Shown: one piece after another, positions 47,401-58,481 of the stretch
Layout of the letters: each line of letters begins with the position of its first letter
How positions within the stretch are numbered: the stretch's first letter is position 1
From: Phoronis australis
Lineage: Eukaryota; Animalia; Phoronida
Assembly (NCBI GenBank): GCA_002633005.1
Contig: NMRA01000612.1
Coordinates: forward strand, 184,240 to 248,239
Reading direction: 5' to 3'
DNA: 64,000 bases
Made by a program: the position numbers and the translations under genes
Notes under the pieces: model-generated
Database searches by the model: none
Told to the model about the DNA's origin: nothing
The model's input: only the letters and a program-made list of their open reading frames with translations

Positions 47401-50400
47401 TCGACACCCTAGTAAAGTGAAATTCACAAAAGATACCTCGTAAAGGTAAAAAATATACCCTAACCATATGACGTATAGCACGTTTAAAAGTGACCATTTC
47501 TCCCACGTCCCAGTCTCACAATGACTTTTTACACTTGCGACATTTAGGGTGACGTATTTTGATTCAAAAATATATCATAAACTCGTTCTTCCCGGCGTCG
47601 TCCGCGGATTTTACTCCTTGAAACAAATCACCAGTGTCAAGTCTCAAACAAATGGCCGTCCCGGATATTACACGGCGATAGAACGCTCTTTTGTCCCGCG
47701 TGACCTCGTTTTAGAAATCAGGCACATTTTCTTGTCTCCCATTGGTGGCGGGAAGGCGAAGAATTTCAGGGCACGTATCCACTGGTATTTCTCCAATTTA
47801 TAAAACTTTCTCACGTCGGACGTGCAGCCCACAGCACGGCAGTAACACTTCGTTGGCATTGGAAGAACAAATTGAGTAATGCAACCGAGAAAACGTGTAA
47901 AGAATCAGACAACAACAAATAACATGGGAAACTCCAGTGGCACGAAAAGGATGCAGCAAATGTGCCTAATGGAAGTTTACGGCTAAATGCAGAGAGATTC
48001 AAGTGTCGCTGTGTAATCCGGGACGACCGTATTGGTTAAGTTAGTAATGAATTAGGAGAGACTCAAGTAGTAAGAAAATAAATTTCATCTTGAGTTCATA
48101 TTGCATGTTTGAGAAAGCTCAGCTCAGTTCAGTTTTATCTCCCAATAAATTTAATTACGTTGGACCGGCTCACCACCACGTCGTGAGTGAAAAAAAGTTA
48201 TTGAGATACTGGGGTGCGTTTGCATTTCTACCATGGCGACACGGGGTTTAGTCCGCATGCCTATGGCGAGGGAAGGCCGGTTTGGAAAATTGGCGATGAC
48301 CGGGAGAAGGAGCTGAAATGGTGTCGATTGGAAGGAATCTGACTTTTGGACAAAGGGGGAAAGTTTGGCGAAGTCGAATTAGTTGGTGTGCCTCCTCTCC
48401 CCAGTAATGTTTAGTTTTATGTGGCACAGGTAAAGCGAACAAAGATGGAAGCAACTGTAAAACTGTTTCCGAAAGGTATGAATGGTGTTGACAAGAGGAG
48501 GTGCAGGTGGAGGTAAAACTAATATCGATTGTGGATGAATGGGAGTAAAACTGGTGCTGATCGCGAGCTGAACTTGGATGGCGGAGGTAAAAGTGGGGTC
48601 TACCGTAAGGAGGACTGAAATCACATTTGTCCTAAGGAAGCAAACTTTCCATGTCGACTTTAAAATGAGTTGACAAAGTTTATCTTAAACACTTTCAACA
48701 GAACAGCACTGTAAGGCTAGAAACTCCACATCTCTGAACGATGATATCCTTAAGCTGAAGGTTATGATTTTATCAGAAATCTGTTAAGCCGTTACAAACC
48801 TCCAAAATCGTCAACGCACCAGCAAACCCAAAAAATTTGACCAAGGGCGGTTTTCCAAGCCATGAGTATGCTAATTCGCCGACTTTTTAATGAAGACACA
48901 ACTTACGGGAAGAAAAAGTATAATATGTATAAGAATTGTATCGTAACTCACTTACCTTTGGCTGAAGACAACTTGACCATCTCTGCGCAGTTTAACAAAC
49001 CGATTTGGTTTAGTTACTGTGTGAAGAAAGCCAGACAATCCGTCTGGGAAGTAAATATCCGGAACCCACATCATTGCCTGATGTTCAGGGTGGAGCGTGA
49101 GACAGTCTTCACTCAACTCTTCATAGGCAAGTCGATCGTCCTTCCAGCGCAGTCGTAGGTAGATATCAAGCATAAGGCGCTAAAATGAAGACGAAGAACC
49201 GACTAAACTGCGTAGTGTCAGCGGCCGTGGCTCATAGACCAGTCAGGTCCTTGCAGGGTCCGTTTATCTCCGATCTCGAAATTGTTAGTATCGTTCTCTG
49301 TTCTGCATCAGTACGAACAAAAACGAGTATCTATTTCCCTAAGGTCGTCAACATAATGGTCTACACGGATGAGTTTCTTCTCCAAGTTTGCACTCGATGA
49401 CCTGCCTAGAATGAACAACAAAGTCGAGATTTCGAGCTCAGACTCGAAATGGCAACTTTGCAACTGGGGTCTGATCAAGTACGAACTAGGATTAGACACT
49501 ATTCCACCTAAACCATTGTGTACTCGAGCACAGAACAATAGACAATTATCTCAAGCACGTACTAAGTAGAATGACAGTTTGGAGAGTGACTCAAATTTGT
49601 TAATGCTATGGATGCCGACAAGAAAGGAAGACTTTACCAGGAACGGTCAAGTGGCAAATCAATGATTTTGTCTGATTATCGGAAAGTACTTGTAGAATTG
49701 GTGCTTAACTAGTGGGAAAATAATAATTCATTCATTAGAAAGAGACGTTCCTTAAAAAAAAAGATTGTGACCAATTTCTTTGGTTTATGACATGCATTAA
49801 CGACGTAATTGTGGTTTGAAAACAATTCTATCAGAAATTCTAATGAGCTTGTCATTGAGATATTCCCATACCCGTACCGCTGATGAATATGGCACAGAAA
49901 TCAAACATAGTCTCGTACACGCCACGGGTTTCAGCAGCAGGAGGTGGTGGTACTGAAATGTTAGGTTGCAGCCGCGGTCAATTTGCAGTCCAGAAATGAA
50001 TTCTAGATGTAGGGGGCAGTTTTGAGCCAGGCGTTGCGTGTATGAGTTCAGTGAATCTGGTTAGTCTAGATCACGTTGGTAATGCGAAAACACGATTTGT
50101 TCCACTGTAGGATGCACTCTTCTTCAAGATGGCGCCCCTTGCTACATTTGTGCATTGTTGAGTAGCGACTGGGAAACCGGCTCCGATCTCAAGTAGCCCT
50201 CAAAGAAACCAAAATTGCAAAATCAAAAAAGTAGTTTGTTGACAGCACTTTCGGACTGCAATTTTGGAATCTTTAGGACGTTTGGTTTGAGAATCTAATG
50301 CTGGCTTACGTCGCACATGCACAGGGAAATTGTGATTAAGAGTTGAAAAGTGTGTTTTTTGCCCCTTTTTTCTTATCTTGCTTTTCAGCATTAGTGAAAG

Positions 50401-51033
50401 AGCCAAAAATACAAGACAGAATGAAATTTCTCAGCTTATCTTTAGTGCTTTTGATGTGAAACTACTCAAAACTTTTCATTCTTTACGTACTTTTTTCGAC
50501 AGAATGAAGAAAAGGTGACAAGTCCATTGATGTGTGTTTCTGTTAGGAAAACCCAATGACTTCTGTTCTGTGCTCCCTCAGGCGATTAACTCTGGTATCC
50601 GCGGTATATTTTACTTCTGCCTCCGGTACCAGCGAAATCGCGGGTTCACAAGCTCGTCTCGGCAAAATTCAGATTTGGTGTTCCGATGAGCGCTCATAAA
50701 TAAATTGTCTGGTCACGCGAAATTGAATAAGTATTGTAGACCAATATGTTTTTCCAACCATGCTGCTAACAGAACAGCATTTGCCATGATCGACTTCTTA
50801 AAAAGTCAGTTTCAAAACCGCTATTTATCCAATAAGTCAAACGTTGTGGAGAAACAATCACTGTAAGGTATTACTGTATATTTATTCTTCTCAAAATCGC
50901 AGTCTTCAATAATTGAATTTTCTTATTATCTGAAAAGGCTTCAATATATTTTCACAAAAAATGGATGCTTAGAATGTTTTGAAACAAACATACTCAAGCA
51001 ATATATTTAGCGCAATGTAAGCAGGTTTCGTGT

Positions 51034-51086
<53 letters not shown>

Positions 51087-53726
51087 TGTGACGCGAATGA
51101 ATGTGTCACAGTCAGCTCTAGACGTACTAGTTACAACTGCCTCCCGTTCAGTAACGCTAGGACCTCGCTAAAAAGCAAGACTTCGCGAGATTACGTGAGA
51201 TATTGCCGTGCATTTCAAATGAAATCACGTGACTTTGACTAGGTTTTAGCTAGGTCCTAGCGTAGGTCCTAGCGTCTACTGAAGGCACGCCTGGTGATTC
51301 ATGTCTGTAGGGAATTGTTTTTGTTTTGTAATGACTTATCTGTTTATCTAATAAAATATGTCTTTCAAAAAAGCGGCAATAAACCCACGTTCCGTCCTCA
51401 CTCAGTTGAGATGCGATCTTAAAAATTGACAGTTCGTCATTGCTCAAGACTATTCTCGTTATGACAAGCCAACTAGTATACTTTAGCCTAATGTGTTCCT
51501 GATATGACGCATCACATTGACAAAAACAACAAAACGACTGGAAGCTAGACAAGATCTGTCGCATCCCAGACACAGCATGGTTCGTTGAGGGTTCTCGGTT
51601 TCGTAACTATTACTTAATTTTTTGAATTATTGGCAGGATTTTGAATTATAGGTCATAGTCCATTCAACTCTAGGAAGCCTAGGAAATTACTTCCGTGCCT
51701 ACTTTTGGGGAGCAATATAATTTTGATGATTTTTGGTGTCATTTTGTGATATACTTTAAGAATATAAAAAGTTCCTAAGATTTGCCTAGCACGTTTTCGA
51801 GGAATTTGACCTAAAAATTTGACATTTGATAAAATTTGGCACAGAAAAACATTATCTAAAAACCAACAACACTGAGCAAAACTAAATGATAACTTGATTT
51901 TGTTTTGTTCATTGGAAGTTATTAGATAAGAAAAGTGATAAATATTATGAAATACGTTGGAAAAAGTGCTGGCCGACAAACACACTATTGTAGTATTAGC
52001 TCATATCAAAAGAACGATATCTTTAACCACTTGGAACTTGATATATAAAGCAAAATGTGAATACACTATCATTTTCAATGCTTCCTCATTGAATTATCCA
52101 AGGACGTGAAAGATCGGATGGCTGGGACTATGGTCCATAAGCATTTATTTATCGGAGAAGCCCGCAATTAGTCAGCCCGTATCGCGAGTTGTCACACTTG
52201 ATGAACGGTTGTAGGTCTCTATCAAGAGACATCTCTGTCTCTAGAACAAAAAATCACCACGACAACGCGTGTGCGGGTCTCACAAGATAGGTCATTGAAT
52301 CCCGTCCTATCAACCAAGATGCGGGAAGTGAATTACTTTTCCGCAGGTTTTAGTGCTCCGATATGAGTCAGATATTACGCGACAGATCTGGCTGATGTAA
52401 ATGGTGTCGATGTTCTCTATCTCGGAACACTCGCCATGATGGCTGTGGAGGCATGATAAAGTGTACAAGACAAGTACTCGTTGAACTTGTCACCAACACT
52501 TCTGCATATCCCTGTAGCTTGCCTTATTGTAAAAGCTATCAAAGAAACTAATTTGATTTATATTATAAAACTGTAAACCAATCTTAACCTTTCCGTACTA
52601 GGGTTAAAAAGGGTCTTTGAACATGAGAAGTTGTGGTAGTTTGTTATTATGTTTGAAATCATGCTCTAGTTTGTCTAGTCTCGAGTAATGACAAAAGGTC
52701 ACTTCTTTCAGAAATACGTTCTAATATTAGTAAGGAAAATGTTGAGATCAATATAGTAACGGAAAGTATTTTAAACCAAAAGTTATTTTTGACGGAAGGC
52801 TGTTTTATAGTCCATTTATCTGATATTTGAAGTGCATTTATCCAACTTACCATTGATTGCTCCATCACGTTAGTGACCCCATTCATGTGAATGTTTACCC
52901 AAACATTTGTTGGATCACCTGTTAACAGAAAATGCTCATGTTCAAGGTATTCCAACTTCAAATTTATGTTACAAATAATTTCCATAAGGCTTTAGACGAT
53001 CCGTGATCCTAAACAGGAAACGTCGGTTTTTGTGACGTCATGACCCTTTAGTTAATCAGAAACGTGTAGCTAGGAAATGCCAATGATTTAGATATTTACA
53101 AAAAATATAACTAAAGTTGCACTTCACAACTTTCAAATAAACTATCGCCTTCGCTCTCCTGAATTTAAATTGACAGTGCATTTGCGTCATAGATTGATCC
53201 GATTGTGAATAGCCCGTAATTGGTTCGCAACTTACTTACCATTAGGTGGACGAGGCCTTATTTTCCTGTCGTAGTTATCAAACAGGTTTTTAATTACTAT
53301 CTGACGTCTCGTAGGCTTGGTATATCTGACAATACAAATGAATACATGACCTGCTTCAAAGAGTTGTTTGACATTACAGATAGCTCTATTTGTTGCAGTG
53401 ATAACAAAATTAAGCTTGAGCTGCAAATGTTTCGTTGATTTAAGCGATCTCACTTTCTCCAGAGTATTACGTCACTGCATAACAAGGAAGAACAACAAAA
53501 CAAGATGAAATAACAAATTAAAAATGAATATGATGTACATGATAAACTTTTATTAATTTTGGCCGACCTCAAACCATATCCAAAAATTATATATCTTCCT
53601 CGAAGAAACTTATAAATCATTAGCTAACAAGATAAGGTATTACCTTTCGAATTGGGTGCTGGTTTCTGACAAAATCGACACCACGAGATAACACAAGACA
53701 GTCTTAAAAACGTCCACCCCCATCAT
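38258..53726 (-). CDS. Cys-loop ligand-gated chloride channel subunit (glycine/GluCl/GABA-A receptor-like), 9 exons, 440 aa
   Basis: Exons 53726-53644, 53325-53240, 52918-52851, 49179-48956, 45865-45783, 44149-44009, 43029-42800, 40090-39908, 38482-38258 join in frame; signal peptide, YDRKIRP, WKDDRL, WVPDIYF, C-x13-C loop, M1-M4, PAR motif before M2, IDxxSRxxFP in M4. Confidence 0.92.
39408..39808. mobile_element. 401-bp MITE family B (CTG/CAG flanks, Harbinger-like)
   Basis: TIR GGCCCGGTCTC.AATCTT..TACTCG / CGAGTACAAAGATTAGAGACCGGGCC. Confidence 0.85.
39908..40090 (-). CDS. Cys-loop channel exon 8 (M3)
   Basis: AIDVWIAACMIFIMMSFIEYILAS... Confidence 0.93.
40629..41903 (+). mobile_element. 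ISL2EU-like DNA transposon derivative carrying a YqaJ exonuclease pseudogene
   Basis: TIR GGGGCTATTCGGA.AATT / AATTCTCCGAATAGCCCC with AT on both flanks; decayed YqaJ motifs SPEW...LTAA, AVLHGTMY, SGLF...YLTATHVSLIGED, VQGQILGTKR, VVFTFKDL. Confidence 0.8.
42800..43029 (-). CDS. Cys-loop channel exon 7 (M1-M2)
   Basis: GNFSEITVRLPFVRNLDYHILNFYLPTLALVVLSYATFYIPVNSPPARVSANITAFLTLSTQ...LPKVAYAK. Confidence 0.95.
44009..44149 (-). CDS. Cys-loop channel exon 6
   Basis: YSYDATAVRIHWEPVNGLEVSSNLHIYNLEV...QEYYT. Confidence 0.88.
44977..45077. repeat. two-copy ~50-bp tandem duplication
   Basis: ACTTGTGGGGCTGAGACCC.CA.GTTTC.CTTATTGTTTCTT.CCATGGA x2. Confidence 0.85.
45783..45865 (-). CDS. Cys-loop channel exon 5 (Cys-loop)
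   Basis: FSVALMCPMDFRRYPAGNISCPITLGS; 83 nt, not in the ORF track. Confidence 0.9.
46355..46428. mobile_element. tiny TIR element
   Basis: TACGGTGGCCCAAAGAT...ATCTTTGGGCCACCTTA. Confidence 0.65.
47651..48033 (-). mobile_element. non-autonomous TIR element with truncated THAP zinc-finger ORF
   Basis: Inverted ends GGCCGTCCCGGATATTACACGGCGA / TCGCTGTGTAATCCGGGACGACC; ORF 47859-47668 MPTKCYCRAVGC...LKFFAFP resembles a THAP N-terminus. Confidence 0.7.
48956..49179 (-). CDS. Cys-loop channel exon 4 (loops D, A, E)
   Basis: LDIYLRLRWKDDRL...MWVPDIYFPD...HTVTKPNRFVKLRRDGQVVFSQR. Confidence 0.93.
49250..49570 (-). mobile_element. degenerate reversed relative of MITE family B; limits approximate
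   Basis: ATTGTGTACTCGAGCACAGAACAATAGACAATTATC matches the reverse complement of ~39490-39525. Confidence 0.6.
51030..51090. repeat. (TG)n microsatellite
   Basis: about 30 TG units. Confidence 0.98.
51140..51290 (+). mobile_element. MITE family A, copy 3
   Basis: Same sequence; CTG on both flanks. Confidence 0.88.
52851..52918 (-). CDS. Cys-loop channel exon 3
   Basis: GDPTNVWVNIHMNGVTNVMEQSM. Confidence 0.88.
53240..53325 (-). CDS. Cys-loop channel exon 2
   Basis: YTKPTRRQIVIKNLFDNYDRKIRPRPPN. Confidence 0.88.
53644..53726 (-). CDS. Cys-loop channel exon 1 (signal peptide)
   Basis: MMGVDVFKTVLCYLVVSILSETSTQFE, GTAATA donor; phase 2 fits exon 2. Confidence 0.7.
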
Positions 53727-55931
53727 ACACAGATAAGAAGTTAGTCAAGGTTGACCACATCATGGTTGCAAATTTACCGTCTGCGCAGGCTTTCCGGGGG
53801 TTATTTAATTAGAATTAACACCCATCAAGACAACTACATTAGAAATTTCGCTGCTGAACAAAATTCAACTCGCAATTGTGAGTGCGTAGTTATTGTCACA
53901 AAACTCAGTGTCAGGCCCGTGGGAAGGGAAATATTCCACGAGCACGAAGACAAATTCTGTTTCATCTCAACTATGCTACCTTTAATTGCCACCATTTTCG
54001 TGTTTCGCCCTACTCAATTGTCGCCAATTTCTCAACCCCGATCGCTATCGATTAACTCGCCCCTGACACTGCAGGGGAACGTGCCCCCACCCCCAACTTT
54101 CTACGGCCATGCCTGAATTTATGAATTTGATGACGAAGTTCGCCGAGAGGTAGTCATCTATTCTTGATGGGTCAGTGGATGTCACTGAGAAAGGATACCC
54201 ACCCATCCTGTCATTAATTGAAGATCCCATATCATTCCTTTAATTGTTTAATATTAAAATACCCTAAACAGTTTATGTTGTACCTTTTTGGGTCAGTCGA
54301 ACCTCCAGGAAAGCGCTAACAAAAGTGCCTTTGCGACCGTTCACATTACTTGCGCTTTCGCTTCTATTGAAAGTGCTAGCGAAAACGCCAGCGTTTCAGC
54401 CACCATGTGAACCGAGTACTAGTCACTTTTAAGTGTCATTCCGAAGCTCTTCAGAACACGGTAGGTGCACTCGCTGAATTGTTTGCATAGATGGTTACAT
54501 AGCTTCTACATGTCCCATATGACAAATTTTTTTCATGAAAAAAGTTGCAAAAAAGTCGCCTTTCTAATAATCGGCATTTGGAAAATTCGCGTGTAGCGAG
54601 TGCTCAATCAAGTTACATTTTGGCCATTGTTGGCCTCAAATCGTACTTATTTGAATTTCAAAAAATCAGACCGTTGCAATTAAACACAATAACAGTCGTA
54701 ACACAAATCCAGTGTTTGGAACTTTGGAATGTGCACGTTGTCCAATTTGATGACCGAAAGCTTTATGGCCATCTCAAAAATGTTACCATTAACTTCAATT
54801 GGACTTTCGTCCACGAAACTGTATTTGCACTCAAACCAACTTCAAACAAAATTTTGACAGTGTTACTGTAAAATGTTTCGTCAGAAGCGTCTCATACAGA
54901 AACAAGCGAACTATGGCGGTGTGGCATCCATTAGCTAGGTTGCCAAGAGGAAGAATGCGCACCATGCCCATAACAAAATGCATCACGAGGCATTGTTTTT
55001 TGCTTTTTGTACGCCTTTTGGCACACCCAAAAGCGCTGCATAGCGCCCCAAAAAGTGCACGGATTGGCGTCCCCAAATAGCGCCTTTGCAAACCCTCCCC
55101 CACCTAAAAGACCATACAAAAGAGTATCTGGGCCCGCTCGGCCCACTTTCCACTCAGTCACTGCAGACAAATCCATACTGGGAAAGCCGTTTGTCGGAAA
55201 AGGATGCCACATTCATATTTAGCGATACAAAATTTCCAATATCTTAGAGCACTCAGTATTTCTGTATGATACATGGAGAGATATGAGTATTTGAAACCTT
55301 TTTGCTCGACATAACTTGACAAATAACGTTATGCTTGGTGCACAATTGCAAATCCTGTGTGATAGCTGTGATAGTTGAGAATATCCCCCCATAGAACATG
55401 TCCTACCAGCATGTGGACCCGTTCTTACCTGGATGGTCTATTCATGCCGGTAGGACATATTACAGGGGACATTCCTTATTACTTCGCACCGTAAGATTTG
55501 TATCCGATTTGACTTTCGTACTGTGACATGGATCGGCGTGGGATCCCTGTAGTGGTAGGTCTCCTGCCCTGTGGTAAAGACGGCACTGCTTACCACTTCA
55601 CGTGCTTTACGCATTCAGAGTAGGGTCATGTTTAAAGGGTTACATTTCCAAAGGGTGGGGTTTGGGGTCCCTGGTACACATCGTTTGGGTTTCTCAAAAT
55701 CCCTTGCTGAAGTATGCAAAAGTTTCTGGTTGCTACCTCCCCCGGAATCCTCTTCCCAATGACCTCTTTGTGCGTTACCAGCACAGGCCAATTAATGTGG
55801 TAATTTCGTAGGCTCAAATTGGAGGTGTTTTATTTCTGCTCATGTGAGCGTTTCAATCCTAACAACACTTTTAGAAACTCGGCACGTTTCGTGACACTTC
55901 CTACTTCGTCAACGTATGTCTGTAACACCCA

Positions 55932-56081
55932 CCTCCCGTTCAGTAACGCTTGGTCCTCGCTAAAAACCAAAATTTCGCGAGATTACGGGAGATATCGCCA
56001 TGTATTTTAAATGAGAACACGTGACTTATGTTAGATTTTAGCTAAGTCCTAGCATATGTCCTAGCGTTACTGAACAAGTGC
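55932..56081 (+). mobile_element. MITE family A, copy 4 (more diverged)
   Basis: CCTCCCGTTCAGTAACGCT...CCTAGCGTTACTGAAC. Confidence 0.8.
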
Positions 56082-58481
56082 CCGCTGTGGTCAAGAAGCC
56101 TGTTTTTTAATTGAACGTTTTTTGATAGCTTTGCTGAACAAGGACTTTTTGTATGGAGCAAGTATGGAATTTTATAAAAGTAAAAGATCTCCATGTTTAA
56201 ACTTTCATGTTAGTTTTAGATAGGTTGGTATTTCTCATATGAGAAGTGGCCATTCAACGGTTAGCTTTAATTATCTAACCCCATTTACTGCATAAGAGTT
56301 TCATGTCAGAAAATAGAAAACACTACTCCGATTTCTGAGGACATTTTTCTTACCCTAAGGAGTGAGGGGAATACCGTTTGAACATTCCAATAAGTAAAAC
56401 CAATGTATTTCAATGACAGTTCTTAGGGCATACATAACAGTTGCGCATCAGCAAAACGTATTGATCACAGCGCATTCTCAGAAGTGGAACGGCACGCTCT
56501 ACGGATGAGAAAACTACTTCTCTCAAACTCGAGCCTGCATTGTCCTGCGTCAGCGTCAAAACATAAAAACCTGTCAGTGTAGGTAGTCAAGGAGTCTTGT
56601 ACACAAAAATCCATTATCAGACATGCATCAATAACTCTTTGTTGTTTTTAACTTATTCACGTGCGAAGTCGCGTGACTCCCGCATGCCTGGTTGTGTAAT
56701 TTCTCAACTGTCTTCCCTAGTTCTACGAGAGGTTGCACTGTGGAAACATGGAATATAGCATTAAAACATTCCGATTGGATAACGTAGAGAAAATTGCATG
56801 AAAATACTGCTTCATCTCATCAGAAATGCCTTGATGACTTGCTGATTCTGCAACCTCGACAATAGACTTAACTGATGCATTCGGCACAATTTCGTGATTT
56901 TGACACACGAAAGATTGAGCCAAAACAAAAAGCATAATAGGTTATCGCCTGGAAATCGAGACAATGATGCAGTATTTTTTACTTGCTCTTTCTGAAAGCG
57001 AAAATTCACCTCAGACAGGCAAAATAATGTGGGATTTTTTAGTTTCGAGTGAGTGAAGGGCTGGCGAGAGTCATACCGGTGCTTGAAAAGTGCTTGAAAT
57101 TCTCTTCTATCTCCATTGGCGACTGCATGTGTGGAATTGGCGTCACAATCCAGTATGGTGTCAAATGGCGATCAAAAGTTATCCTTCAGAATAGCAGATT
57201 TCGCCAACAAAAAGTGCTGGAATCCTCAGAATTGTGTTAGAAGAATATAATTTTGGAATCAACATCGAGTCGTCCTGTAACCCGGGAAAAGTAGTTTTGG
57301 TTGAAACGCAGACGATCCAGTGACAATGCAAACCACTTTGGAATGATAGTTCAATCACTTGTCTGTCGCAAGTCAAATTTTGGATCTGCGGGCACTTTCA
57401 AGTCGTTACCTGTTGCGATCAAGGTACTCCTACACCCAAGAGAATTTATTATTAAAACTGATAATCCCATTGATTTGCCAACATTGCGTTTACGTGGCGT
57501 GTCTCAGAGATGCCTACTAGTACATATAGTTCATACTTGTACTTGTTAAGGATTATCACAGAGAATGGTCTGAATTTTGTATGGGAAATACAAATTAGTC
57601 AGCTTAAGTTAAAACTTAAAATTTGTTTTAATTTTTCAGAAATTCTCTTACGCATCGTTTTTGAGCCTTGGATAGCATAAACGGCCACTTTGATCGCCTG
57701 CCAAAGTTTCTCAGTAATTGCCTTGGGTTAGTCAATCATAACTTTGTCGATGCTCTCTGACGTTGTGAGTTAATCTATATAATGCCGTAAATGAAAAATG
57801 CGCCATTCGCGCAGTTTCACGAGACCTCGCCATGCCAGTCTGCAACTTTGGAACGCACTAAATAAGGCCGGGATGGAAAGAACAGACAGAAACACACATG
57901 CAACCCATAACACGCATATTGGCGATCACGTTTAGACGGTGTATCGCAAATTGAGTGGCTTAAACAAGCTATATGGACTTTTCGAGCATTTCCCAGTGCA
58001 TCTTTTGCCGGCAGTTATACATCGCTTGGCAACTCATGGCGTGTCAAACCTAGTATTTACCCTTGCTTGGCTTACGTGCCTTTGCGCAGCTTTAAAAAAG
58101 TTGATTTGGGCCGGTGGTTTTTATTCATTCTTTTAGTCAGTGAGCGAAGGTCTAACGATGAGCGCGGCACAGACCAGAGCCGACGTCTTGTTTCTTAGCT
58201 ATATAAGGCGCATCAAAATGATGGCAATATCCTTTTCCGGTTCATTCTCTCAACTTACATAGCTCTACAAGTGAATGCCCGTATACCTCAGTCAACAGAA
58301 AATGATGAATAAGAGGCTGCTATAAGACAGCAACAACTAGACAAAAACATTTTGTCATTTGAAATATACGAAGGCCCATTACTGCCAGGAAAACAAAATT
58401 GGAACCTGTTAGTACGGAATGCCAATCCGTTATTACCGGTTGGCAATCCGTAATAAAAGATTGTAAATCATGTGTAATAAC

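Noticed and set aside
48250-48620. Purine-rich possible LINE fragment
   Set aside because: No diagnostic RT or endonuclease motif could be read, so it was not listed.
49880-49905. Hammerhead ribozyme core (CTGATGA...GAAA)
   Set aside because: No convincing stem II or flanking stems.
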